From a virus (taxonomy: Duplodnaviria; Heunggongvirae; Uroviricota; Caudoviricetes): a stretch of 52,418 nucleotides of DNA. The stretch's first letter is position 1; the number at the start of each line of letters is the position of its first letter. The translations under genes and the position numbers were made by a program. The stretch lies in the IMG/VR virus record IMGVR_UViG_3300032579_000006; one strand, given 5' to 3'. The notes below the pieces were generated by a model. The model did no database searches and was not told the origin of the DNA. It saw only the letters and a list, made by a program, of their open reading frames with translations. Shown piece by piece: positions 44,738 to 52,418 of the stretch.

Positions 44738-45763
44738 TTGAAAACAGCAACAATAGAAATTAAGGACGAAGTAAACGTTAAAATTTTAGGACTTGAGTTA
44801 GATGTAAGGCGCGCTCTCATGAAAAAATTTGAGTACGAGAAGCCCGGTGCCAGATATCAACCAGCAGTTCGATTGGGTAGATGGAATGGTAAGATCAGCT
44901 ATTTTTCTTTAGCAGGGAGTACCTATCTAAATCTACTGGATGAAATCATTCCGATACTAATCGATTACGGCTATGACATAGTACTAGACGACAAGAGAAA
45001 AAATCACTTAGACCTAAAGTTTGACCTGATAAACGAGAATACTTTTGCTAACATATGCTGGCCCGCCGGACATGAACGTGAAGGTCAACCTATAATTCTG
45101 CGTGATTATCAAGTGGAAATCGTCAATAACTTTTTAGCCAATCCACAGTCACTTCAAGAAATAGCAACAGGCGCTGGCAAGACATTAATGACAGCCGCAT
45201 TGTCTAAAAGTATTGAGCCATATGGTCGATCTATCGTAGTTGTTCCCAACAAGTCGTTGGTAGTACAAACCGAAGCAGATTACAAAAATCTTCAACTTGA
45301 GGTAGGCGTGTACTTTGGTGATCGAAAGGATTACGGTAAAACACATACCATCTGTACATGGCAATCACTGAACAATTTGCTCAAGGTTAAAGCTGAACAA
45401 GATCCTAACAAGGATCCTGATATGGAAGACTTTTTCTTTGATGATGTTGTTTGTGTCATGGTTGATGAATGTTTTCACGGAGAATCAGTGGTGCTAACCC
45501 CGGTTGGATATGTACCCATCAAGGACATTAAAGCCGGAGATAAAGTAATCAATTATTGTGAACAGTCCGGAACCTTCAAGGAAGATACAGTGGTAAAACA
45601 ACAGCACAATCTTACTGTGTCGTCCACTGAAAAAATGTATGAGATGGAATTTGATAACGGACGTGTAATTAGGGTTACTGGAAATCATCAATTTCTAACA
45701 AATCTAGGCTGGTGCCGGGCTGACGAACTTACTGAAAATCACGAAATAGTAAATAAAACATAA
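44738..45763 (+). CDS. uvsW: UvsW-like SF2 helicase N-terminal half fused to split-intein N fragment
   Basis: TTG start; LRDYQ, ATGAGKT, VVVPNKSL, TWQSL, VMVDE; then intein CFHGES...VTGNHQF...RADEL. Confidence 0.92.
   Translation: MKTATIEIKDEVNVKILGLELDVRRALMKKFEYEKPGARYQPAVRLGRWNGKISYFSLAGSTYLNLLDEIIPILIDYGYDIVLDDKRKNHLDLKFDLINENTFANICWPAGHEREGQPIILRDYQVEIVNNFLANPQSLQEIATGAGKTLMTAALSKSIEPYGRSIVVVPNKSLVVQTEADYKNLQLEVGVYFGDRKDYGKTHTICTWQSLNNLLKVKAEQDPNKDPDMEDFFFDDVVCVMVDECFHGESVVLTPVGYVPIKDIKAGDKVINYCEQSGTFKEDTVVKQQHNLTVSSTEKMYEMEFDNGRVIRVTGNHQFLTNLGWCRADELTENHEIVNKT
45470..45760 (+). mobile_element. Split intein N-fragment (97 aa)
   Basis: Cys1 codon at 45470 directly after DE; block A CFHGESVVLTP.GYVPIKDI..GD.V; block B TGNH; stop at 45761-63. 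Confidence 0.92.
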
Positions 45764-45790
45764 ATACATATGGCTAAGGCAGGAGTATTC

Positions 45791-46711
45791 ATGAAAATTA
45801 CATATGAACAATGGAAAGATCGGTTAAACAAGCGACTAGCAGAACATAACCAACAGGTAAGGGTCGTTACTTTTGGAAAATCAACACTAGAATTATCAAC
45901 CGGCGAGATATTAATACAGCCCGAGTTTAATAATTTTAAAAAGAGGGTAATGAATTCCAAGACTGATCTTTGGGTGAAGAATATGGATTTGCTTCTATCC
46001 GGATTAATATCTGATCGGGAAGTCAAGGCTAAGCTTGCTGCAATTGGTGGCGAAGCCGTTCATAAATTACATCCTGAACTTAGTAGTCGCAATTTAAATA
46101 CAGGTGTGCCGTGGAATAAAGGGAAAACAGGACTACAAACTTCTTGGGCGAAGGGTTTGACTAAACAAACCGACAGTCGGGTTGCTGCTAGAGTAAATAG
46201 CGGGGAAGCAAACGGTATGTATGGTGTAAAAATGTCTGACCAGGATAAAAAATTCCGATCGGATATAATGAAGGATAAAATTTTATATGGAGACTTTACC
46301 CCAAATTCCAACAATAGAAACACGCACTGGGAAGCAACGTTTAACAGAAAGAAATATAGATCGAGTTGGGAAGCGTTGTTTCAGTATATGTATCAGGATG
46401 CAGCGTATGAAACATTGAGATTAGAATACATTATCAACGGTAATCGAAAAATATACATAGTTGATTTTGTTGATTATAAAACCAAACAGGTAGTAGAAGT
46501 GAAGCCGACGGAGTTATGCCGAGGTAAGATATTTGACGCAAAAATGGTTGCCCTTAAAGAGTGGGCAGATCAAAATGGGTTTAGTGTCATTGTCGCAACA
46601 CGGGAATGGCTATTGAATAATAGCTGCCCTTCCGACCTCTCTGGATTTGATGAAAAAACCGCAACAAAGATAAGGAAGTTATATGAAGCTAATAAGAAAA
46701 ACCGAAATTGA
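45791..46711 (+). mobile_element. Free-standing endonuclease (NUMOD3-like repeats + TnsA-N-like PD-(D/E)xK domain) inside the fractured uvsW
   Basis: PWNKGKTG, SGEANGMYG; YRSSWE...YIVDF...VEVKP; AGGAG SD before ATG 45791; TAAATA at 45761-66. Confidence 0.8.
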
Positions 46712-46787
46712 TAAACCTGACGAAGTGTTCAATCTCCACATTGAAAATGATCATAATTACATAGTTGACGGTGCAGTAGTATCCAAC
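46683..46787 (+). mobile_element. Split intein C-fragment (35 aa)
   Basis: Block F VFNLHIENDHNY, block G VVSN, +1 Cys codon at 46788-90. Confidence 0.92.
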
Positions 46788-47519
46788 TGTCACATGGCAA
46801 AAGCTGATGTTCTCAAGCAAATGCTTACTGGGGTATTCGCTGATGTTCCTATTCGCTGGGGATTAACCGGTACCATACCTAAAGCCGAAATGGATCGCGC
46901 TTCGATTCTAGTATCTCTTGGGCCAGTCATCGGGAAGTTAGCAGCAAGTGAGCTACAAGATCGAGGTGTTCTTGCAAGTTGTCACGTTAACATAGTGCAG
47001 CTTAAAGATACTTCGGAGTTTACAAACTATCAAAGCGAGTTAAAGTTTCTACTAGAGGACGGCCATCGTTTAGACAAAATCGCTGATCTTGTACGAGCCG
47101 TCAATAAAACAGGCAACACATTGGTTTTGGTTGATAGAGTAAATGCAGGTAAAGAACTAGTCAGCAGACTACAAAATTCAGTGTTTGTTAATGGTGGAAC
47201 AAAACTAACAGAACGCAAAGAAGAATACGATGAGGTTGCGATCAGTGATGATAAGATAATTGTAGCTACATATGGTGTTGCGGCTGTGGGCATCAACATT
47301 CCTCGAATCTTTAATTTGGTTCTCATCGAACCAGGCAAATCATTTGTACGAGTTATACAGAGCATTGGTCGTGGCATAAGAAAAGCAGAAGACAAAGACC
47401 ACGTGCAGATTTGGGACGTTACTAGTACGTGTAAGTTTGCAAAGAGGCATTTAACCCAGCGTAAGGCTTTTTATAAAGAGGCTAAATATCCCTTTACTAT
47501 AGAGAAACTGGATTACTAA
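46683..47519 (+). CDS. uvsW: Split-intein C fragment fused to the UvsW helicase C-terminal half
   Basis: MKLIRK...VFNLHIENDHNYIVDGAVVSN, then CHMAKA, GLTGT, TYGVAAVGINIP, QSIGRGIR, QIWDV. Confidence 0.92.
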   Translation: MKLIRKTEIDKPDEVFNLHIENDHNYIVDGAVVSNCHMAKADVLKQMLTGVFADVPIRWGLTGTIPKAEMDRASILVSLGPVIGKLAASELQDRGVLASCHVNIVQLKDTSEFTNYQSELKFLLEDGHRLDKIADLVRAVNKTGNTLVLVDRVNAGKELVSRLQNSVFVNGGTKLTERKEEYDEVAISDDKIIVATYGVAAVGINIPRIFNLVLIEPGKSFVRVIQSIGRGIRKAEDKDHVQIWDVTSTCKFAKRHLTQRKAFYKEAKYPFTIEKLDY

Positions 47520-47558
47520 AATGTTGACTTTTACACACATTGTTGCTAGAATAACACT

Positions 47559-48062
47559 ATGAGAATTTTATCACTGGACACCAACGAGGCATATAATCTA
47601 GAACATCTACCGGAAGAAATTGATGATTTGCGATTTGCAATATTAGACAACTCTACTCCCACAAACGTAGACTATCATTTTATTCCTCTTATTTTTCTAG
47701 AATCATTTAATTCACCGGCACTGGTTTTAAAAATTGGTGAGAGAACAATCAAGATGCCGGTCGACTGGCAAGTCTTGATAGGTGAACAAGAACACGGTGA
47801 CCTAGAGACTCTACCCTTATCAAGCTTGAATGATCGTGGATTTCATGCATTTCAATTTAATCCGTTGACTTCTCATTCCCCGACATTTTTACCAATTGAA
47901 ATTGTTGATATCTATACAGACGTGACATGGTATGCACCGAGATTACGTAATGGACAATTTTTAGCAGTACCAATCGATGATGGACCTAAACCAAGGTGTG
48001 TTTACTTTGTCAAGGAAATCAGCAGGAACTGTGAGACTGTAGACTATAGCCAAGCATTTTAA
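47559..48062 (+). CDS. Conserved-type phage protein, possibly degenerate Hint fold
   Basis: Own promoter TTGACT-17-TAGAAT; FIPLIFLESF, MPVDWQVLIG, WYAPRL motifs. Confidence 0.75.
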   Translation: MRILSLDTNEAYNLEHLPEEIDDLRFAILDNSTPTNVDYHFIPLIFLESFNSPALVLKIGERTIKMPVDWQVLIGEQEHGDLETLPLSSLNDRGFHAFQFNPLTSHSPTFLPIEIVDIYTDVTWYAPRLRNGQFLAVPIDDGPKPRCVYFVKEISRNCETVDYSQAF

Positions 48063-48071
48063 GGAGAGAAA

Positions 48072-48218
48072 ATGATTAAGACAGACGAACTTGAAAAGTT
48101 TCAGGACAACAACAAGGATTTCGATATCGTAGGTGTTATTAGAACACTTTATCCGAAGATAGAAATAAAGGTCTTGCTAGACTTAACTGCAAAGGATGAT
48201 ACGTATGAAGTGGTTTGA
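48072..48218 (+). CDS. 48-aa hypothetical protein
   Basis: AAGGAG SD; MIKTDELEKF...DDTYEVV*. Confidence 0.55.
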   Translation: MIKTDELEKFQDNNKDFDIVGVIRTLYPKIEIKVLLDLTAKDDTYEVV

Positions 48219-48522
48219 TCGATGGTTTGCTAAAATGTGTCGCCGGGTCTGGGACGAGCCACAAGATGAATTTATATCTTCTCCCAAAGCACGGTTAGTT
48301 TCTAACAGTAGACGTACTCCGGGACGTACTCCGGAAGGAAATTGCATCAATTTCACTGTCTTTAAGGCTGACGGAGGATTCATTGTACAATACATGTCAG
48401 ACGCATCATACGCTAATGTCACGTCTGCAAATCATATGCCCAAACTAACTATAGTCCCGCATGGAACAGATTTGGGTCAGACTGTTGCACATATCATAAC
48501 TCTGGAAGCGCTAAAGAACTAA
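48196..48522 (+). CDS. Hypothetical protein
   Basis: INFTVFKADGGFIVQY...DLGQTVAHIITLE. Confidence 0.7.
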   Translation: MIRMKWFDRWFAKMCRRVWDEPQDEFISSPKARLVSNSRRTPGRTPEGNCINFTVFKADGGFIVQYMSDASYANVTSANHMPKLTIVPHGTDLGQTVAHIITLEALKN

Positions 48523-49109
48523 TGGCAAAGGAGCAGGTTCCCGTAGACGAAACGTTGCCCGATCAGGACCTAGTTCTATTTGACGTTTTGGCTGCTATAG
48601 ACAGAAAAGACTATGGGTACTATGATAGATTAACAGCCGCACAACAAAAGAAAATTGTTCCATTTGTTTTAATGCATTGGGTCAGTGCAGTAAAAGCTAA
48701 CAGAGATATCCAGCGCTATTACGTTCAAAGTACCGACTATCATGCCAATAAACATTTCTTTAACGAGAATGTACAAGAGCATCCTAAATTGCTTTGGATG
48801 ATGCTGTGTGCATCTAGTCCGGGTATAGGCAAACAATTCCATCAGTGGGTACCCCAAATCAAAGAACGTGTAGTTAAATTACGCGAAAACGCAAAGCCTA
48901 AAGAAATTAAGGAATATTTCAAGAAGATTTATCCTAAATCAAGTGATGCAGACGTTGCCCTAATCACTGAGGTTTACATTGAAAATCACAAGAAAAAGAT
49001 GTATCTTGCTGATAAGTTCCCTACATTAAAGTACGACGAGATTGAGTTGTTAAGTGACCTTATTACAGACGACGACATTGAACACTACGAAAAAGCCTGG
49101 GGAAACTAA
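48522..49109 (+). CDS. Possible clamp-loader small subunit (T4 gp62-like)
   Basis: PFVLMHWVS...ANKHFF...HPKLLWMML...KQFHQW pattern. Confidence 0.5.
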   Translation: MAKEQVPVDETLPDQDLVLFDVLAAIDRKDYGYYDRLTAAQQKKIVPFVLMHWVSAVKANRDIQRYYVQSTDYHANKHFFNENVQEHPKLLWMMLCASSPGIGKQFHQWVPQIKERVVKLRENAKPKEIKEYFKKIYPKSSDADVALITEVYIENHKKKMYLADKFPTLKYDEIELLSDLITDDDIEHYEKAWGN

Positions 49110-49785
49110 ACCAGAATTTAGTTGTGAGTTTTGCAATCGTGGGTTTCAGAAAGAAACGACCATGATGAATCACCTATGCGAAAATAAACGCAGATGGCAA
49201 GATAAGGACTTAGCTGGAAACAGAATTGGCTTTCATTCTTGGTTACGCTTCTACAAAAAGAACACGGCTTCCAAAAAGACAAAAACATATTTGGACTTTA
49301 CAAAAAGTGCATATTACCTTGCTTTCGTTAAGTTCGGTCACTATTGCGTGAACGTTAACGTACTTAATGTCAACGCTTATGCGGATTGGTTGCTAAAGAA
49401 CGATGTTAAGATTGACAGTTGGTGCAGCGATACGAATTATACTAAATTCATCATTGATTATCTAAAAACCGAAGACCCCCTAGACGCGATTGCTCGCAGC
49501 ATAGAAACCTGTATTGCTAAGGCCAACGAAGAAGGTATTCAAAGCAAAGACTATCTTCGCTACGGCAATCGTAACAAGCTATGTCACATTATAACTACGG
49601 GTAAAATCAGTCCATGGATGTTATATCAATGCCCTAGTGGCATCGATTTACTAGAAAGTTTTGACGAACTACAACAGAAGATGGTTCTAGATTACATTAA
49701 TCCAGAACAATGGGCAATTAAATTTAGACGAAGCGCTGATAGAGTACCTCAAGTAAAATCTCTGTTAACTTCGGCCGGATTTTAA
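49054..49785 (+). CDS. C2H2-zinc-finger-containing hypothetical protein
   Basis: FSCEFCNRGF......NHLCE; exact start uncertain. Confidence 0.7.
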   Translation: MTLLQTTTLNTTKKPGETKPEFSCEFCNRGFQKETTMMNHLCENKRRWQDKDLAGNRIGFHSWLRFYKKNTASKKTKTYLDFTKSAYYLAFVKFGHYCVNVNVLNVNAYADWLLKNDVKIDSWCSDTNYTKFIIDYLKTEDPLDAIARSIETCIAKANEEGIQSKDYLRYGNRNKLCHIITTGKISPWMLYQCPSGIDLLESFDELQQKMVLDYINPEQWAIKFRRSADRVPQVKSLLTSAGF

Positions 49786-50063
49786 TGATGTACTATCAAC
49801 AGGATATAAATCCGTTCAGTGAACCACCAAGTTTTGCGTATATATACGGTAAGACATATTACATAGTATATACATTTAATATTGCAGAATGTAAAGAATG
49901 GTGTACGCGAATGTTTGGAGAATCAGGTAATGATCAAACCATTTCAGCTAGATGGTATGATCCAGAATTAGTAAGTGGCACTGGTGCTCGGTACAAGATA
50001 CCCAATGCGTTCTACCTAAGAGATGAAAAAGACCTGTTATGGTTTAACATGAGATGGTCATGA
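49785..50063 (+). CDS. Small 'FxxExDxxxFxLRW' family protein
   Basis: Ends FYLRDEKDLLWFNMRWS. Confidence 0.7.
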   Translation: MMYYQQDINPFSEPPSFAYIYGKTYYIVYTFNIAECKEWCTRMFGESGNDQTISARWYDPELVSGTGARYKIPNAFYLRDEKDLLWFNMRWS

Positions 50064-50254
50064 CGGAGATAACTGTTGTAAAGTTAAATACCGAAAATAC
50101 CGATAATCTGCGAGAAGTAGAAAATTGGGCAATTAGCAATTGTCCTACATTTTTAGGATTGGAACTGGATTGCGGGTTATATGGTTTTACCTACACTGAG
50201 TTTTATTTTGAAACCGACAAAGATGCGGTTATGTTTTCATTGAGGTGGTTATGA
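50054..50254 (+). CDS. Small 'FxxExDxxxFxLRW' family protein
   Basis: Ends FYFETDKDAVMFSLRWL. Confidence 0.7.
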   Translation: MVMTEITVVKLNTENTDNLREVENWAISNCPTFLGLELDCGLYGFTYTEFYFETDKDAVMFSLRWL

Positions 50255-50466
50255 ACACTGCTGATCTTGAGCGCCGCCTATTTGATATGTACGCCTTTGC
50301 TGAATATACTCCTGCTTTGATAGAACAAATAAAAGATGAGATAATGCAAATTTATCCGGAACTAGATGATGTTATCATAACAGTTGACTCAGATTACAAT
50401 ATGAGTGTCCGACTGGTAATACACGATGAAGCTATTTTAGCTTGGTTTATGCTTAAGTATCAATGA
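50245..50466 (+). CDS. Small family protein
   Basis: Ends IHDEAILAWFMLKYQ. Confidence 0.65.
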   Translation: MVMNTADLERRLFDMYAFAEYTPALIEQIKDEIMQIYPELDDVIITVDSDYNMSVRLVIHDEAILAWFMLKYQ

Positions 50467-50765
50467 TTTATAGAGAACATTATAATCAGCAGGTTAGAGT
50501 AGTAGATTATGATTCATCTATTAAAGAACAAATGAATTGGCAAGAAACCAAACCGGGTTGGTATGAGGCAGTAGTCATACATAACGGAACAACCTATCAA
50601 GCACAGCATCGAAAGCACGACGAAGTAGTACAATGGTTATATGATAACATAGACATGTGCGAGCGGCATTGCAGATGGGCTGTGGATCCTAGTAACAATC
50701 CTAATGCTACTAGAGTTAAGTTTAGATATGAGAAAGATTATATGTGGTTTAAGTTGCGATGGTAG
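50463..50765 (+). CDS. Small 'FxxExDxxxFxLRW' family protein
   Basis: Ends KFRYEKDYMWFKLRW. Confidence 0.7.
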   Translation: MIYREHYNQQVRVVDYDSSIKEQMNWQETKPGWYEAVVIHNGTTYQAQHRKHDEVVQWLYDNIDMCERHCRWAVDPSNNPNATRVKFRYEKDYMWFKLRW

Positions 50766-50971
50766 AACAACGAAAAATACGGAAAAAGATATGGTTATAC
50801 GGTGAATGGCATGATATGACATTCATTCTGTTGCCACAAACTAAGGAATTAGAAGACTGGTGCAACCAGTATTATCGAACCAAACGAGAATACTTAGGTG
50901 CATGGTTTAAAACACATTCACATATTGTCATGGACGAGAAAACTTATGTCCATTGGAAGCTATGTGAATAG
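50759..50971 (+). CDS. Small family protein
   Basis: Ends IVMDEKTYVHWKLCE. Confidence 0.65.
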   Translation: MVEQRKIRKKIWLYGEWHDMTFILLPQTKELEDWCNQYYRTKREYLGAWFKTHSHIVMDEKTYVHWKLCE

Positions 50972-51034
50972 TTATCCGAATTACTTGAATCACACCATAA
51001 TGTAAAGTATGTTTAAATTTGAAAGGTACTAACT

Positions 51035-51583
51035 ATGGCACATATTATGCTTGACATGGAGACGCTGGACACAGCGCCAACCACTGTCATTCTAACTATC
51101 GGACTCGTTAAGTTTGATCCGCGCGGGTCAGGCGTAATCGAGAAACTAGAACTTCGTCCAACCATTGACGAACAAACAGATACTTTTGGTCGAAGCATCA
51201 GTGACGACACCCTTCGTTGGTGGAGTACTCAGAGCGCAGAAGCGATCAACGAATCTATGGGAGACCAGGACAGAATCTCTTACAAAGAATGTATGGAAAA
51301 GCTGTACAAGTTTTGTTGGAATCAACAGGCTATCTGGTCCAACGGCGCAGGGTTCGATGTGGTGGTAGCAGAGAATGCATTCCGTGAATTAGACATGCGT
51401 ATTCCCTGGCCCTTTTGGACTATTCGTGACTGTCGTACAATCTACGATCTTGCAGGTGTGTCGTTGAAAGATGACGGGCACGTCACTACTCACAAAGCAG
51501 TAGAAGATGCCGAACGCCAGGCTATCGTGGTTCAACGTGCTTACCAAAAGTTAATTAAGGCTGGCTTTACTCATATCAAATGA
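51035..51583 (+). CDS. DEDD 3'-5' exonuclease (DexA-like)
   Basis: MLDMETL, WSNGAGFD, RDCRT, HKAVEDA. Confidence 0.88.
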   Translation: MAHIMLDMETLDTAPTTVILTIGLVKFDPRGSGVIEKLELRPTIDEQTDTFGRSISDDTLRWWSTQSAEAINESMGDQDRISYKECMEKLYKFCWNQQAIWSNGAGFDVVVAENAFRELDMRIPWPFWTIRDCRTIYDLAGVSLKDDGHVTTHKAVEDAERQAIVVQRAYQKLIKAGFTHIK

Positions 51584-52161
51584 GAATAGATTCAGACATT
51601 GACATTGATTTGGGAAATCGTGACGCAGTGTTGTCACTGATTAAGCATGTCCATGCTGCAATGCGAAAAGTCAATCCTATCAGAAAGCACCCGTCTGGTA
51701 TATATCCCACAGATATTCCTTATGATCCCGTGTATGACATGGCTGCAATCGATTATGCAGAAGCAGAAGCCCGTGGCTATTTTAAGATTGATTTACTGAA
51801 TGTTTACGTATATAATATGGTCAAAGATGAAGAACATCTAATTAGGTTAATGCAAGAACCGGATTGGTCAATGCTCAATGATAAAAATATCGTTGAGCAA
51901 CTGATTCACTTGAATAGCCAATTTGAAGCAGTTAGACGAATGCCGGAGCCTATAAACTCTATTCCTAGGCTGGCCATGTTTCTTGCAGCAATTAGACCTG
52001 CGAAGCGACACTTGCTTAATAAGACCTGGAAAGAAATAAACGAGACTGTTTGGGAAAAGGATCAGACTGGTTATGCTTATAAACGTAGCCACGCGATTAG
52101 TTACAGTCACTTAGTGGTGGTACACATGAATTTACTAAAAGAAAACAGTGAGAAAGTTTAA
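51580..52161 (+). CDS. Minimal DNA polymerase III alpha (DnaE)-like protein
   Basis: DIDID, KHPSGIY, YFKIDLLN, AIRP, YAYKRSHAISY match DnaE motifs within only 193 aa. Confidence 0.78.
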   Translation: MRIDSDIDIDLGNRDAVLSLIKHVHAAMRKVNPIRKHPSGIYPTDIPYDPVYDMAAIDYAEAEARGYFKIDLLNVYVYNMVKDEEHLIRLMQEPDWSMLNDKNIVEQLIHLNSQFEAVRRMPEPINSIPRLAMFLAAIRPAKRHLLNKTWKEINETVWEKDQTGYAYKRSHAISYSHLVVVHMNLLKENSEKV

Positions 52162-52190
52162 ATAAATACTACATACAATGGAGTATTTAT

Positions 52191-52418
52191 ATGGGAAGAC
52201 CAAAAGGTTCAAAGAACAAGATTCAATCAGGTATTGCTTATCCTCGAAAATGCAATCATTGCGATTATGTATCTAATAATCCACAGATGTGGCATTATCA
52301 CGACAAGACACACCAAATGATACCTGATGGAACTAGGTGTCAGTTTGGCTGTGGGAATACCGCAAGATTTAGGAATACCAAAGGAACTTATTCCTGCTCT
52401 AAAATATCACAACACTGT
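52191..52418 (+). CDS. 5' part of a probable homing-endonuclease-type protein (AT-hook + Zn fingers), truncated by window
   Basis: MGRPKGSKNK...CNHCDY...WHYHDKTH...CQFGCG...CSK; GGAG SD inside a hairpin with a TAAATA promoter. Confidence 0.55.
   Translation, partial: MGRPKGSKNKIQSGIAYPRKCNHCDYVSNNPQMWHYHDKTHQMIPDGTRCQFGCGNTARFRNTKGTYSCSKISQHC

Noticed and set aside
45761-46787. Group I intron interrupting uvsW
   Set aside because: Both flanks encode intein blocks with their own stop and start codons; protein-level splicing explains the junction, and no intron core was recognised.
1-52418. Stop-codon reassignment (TAG/TGA) as in some large phages
   Set aside because: Long core genes are uninterrupted in the standard code, and TAG and TGA end several genes at expected positions. 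The only internal stop found is a single TAA.
1-52418. CRISPR array or tandem guide-RNA array
   Set aside because: No regularly spaced repeats with unique spacers were seen, and intergenic regions are short. This was checked by eye only.

Overview
A 52.4-kb piece of a large dsDNA tailed-phage genome with a T4-like replication, recombination and packaging toolkit: gp32-type SSB, UvsX, UvsY, UvsW, large terminase, Rnl1-type RNA ligase plus PNK, DHFR and ThyA, spanins, and TAAATA late promoters. Almost all genes are on the + strand and use the standard code. The host is probably an alphaproteobacterium (inference from a circularly permuted tmRNA of alpha type and frequent leaderless genes). Layout: (1) 1-15.7 kb, a glycan or sugar-tailoring island (radical SAM, three GT-like paralogs, three SGNH proteins, a cupin / NTP-transferase-kinase / AroE-like / HAD / GatZ-like operon, carbamoyltransferase, an 846-aa repeated GT-like protein); (2) a two-piece tmRNA gene; (3) probable head-packaged proteins and an early MoxR-AAA + vWA pair; (4) nucleotide metabolism, amino-sugar genes, spanins, terminase; (5) SSB-UvsX-UvsY and RNA repair; (6) UvsW helicase fractured by a naturally split intein with a free-standing endonuclease between the halves; (7) an array of small paralogs, an exonuclease and a 193-aa minimal DnaE-like protein. 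Highlights: the split intein, the permuted tmRNA, a covarying structured RNA leader shared by two HNH genes, promoter/anti-promoter hairpins on all four endonuclease genes, and the polyol/sugar activation operon. All product calls come from motif recognition by eye; no database searches were run, so novelty is unverified.
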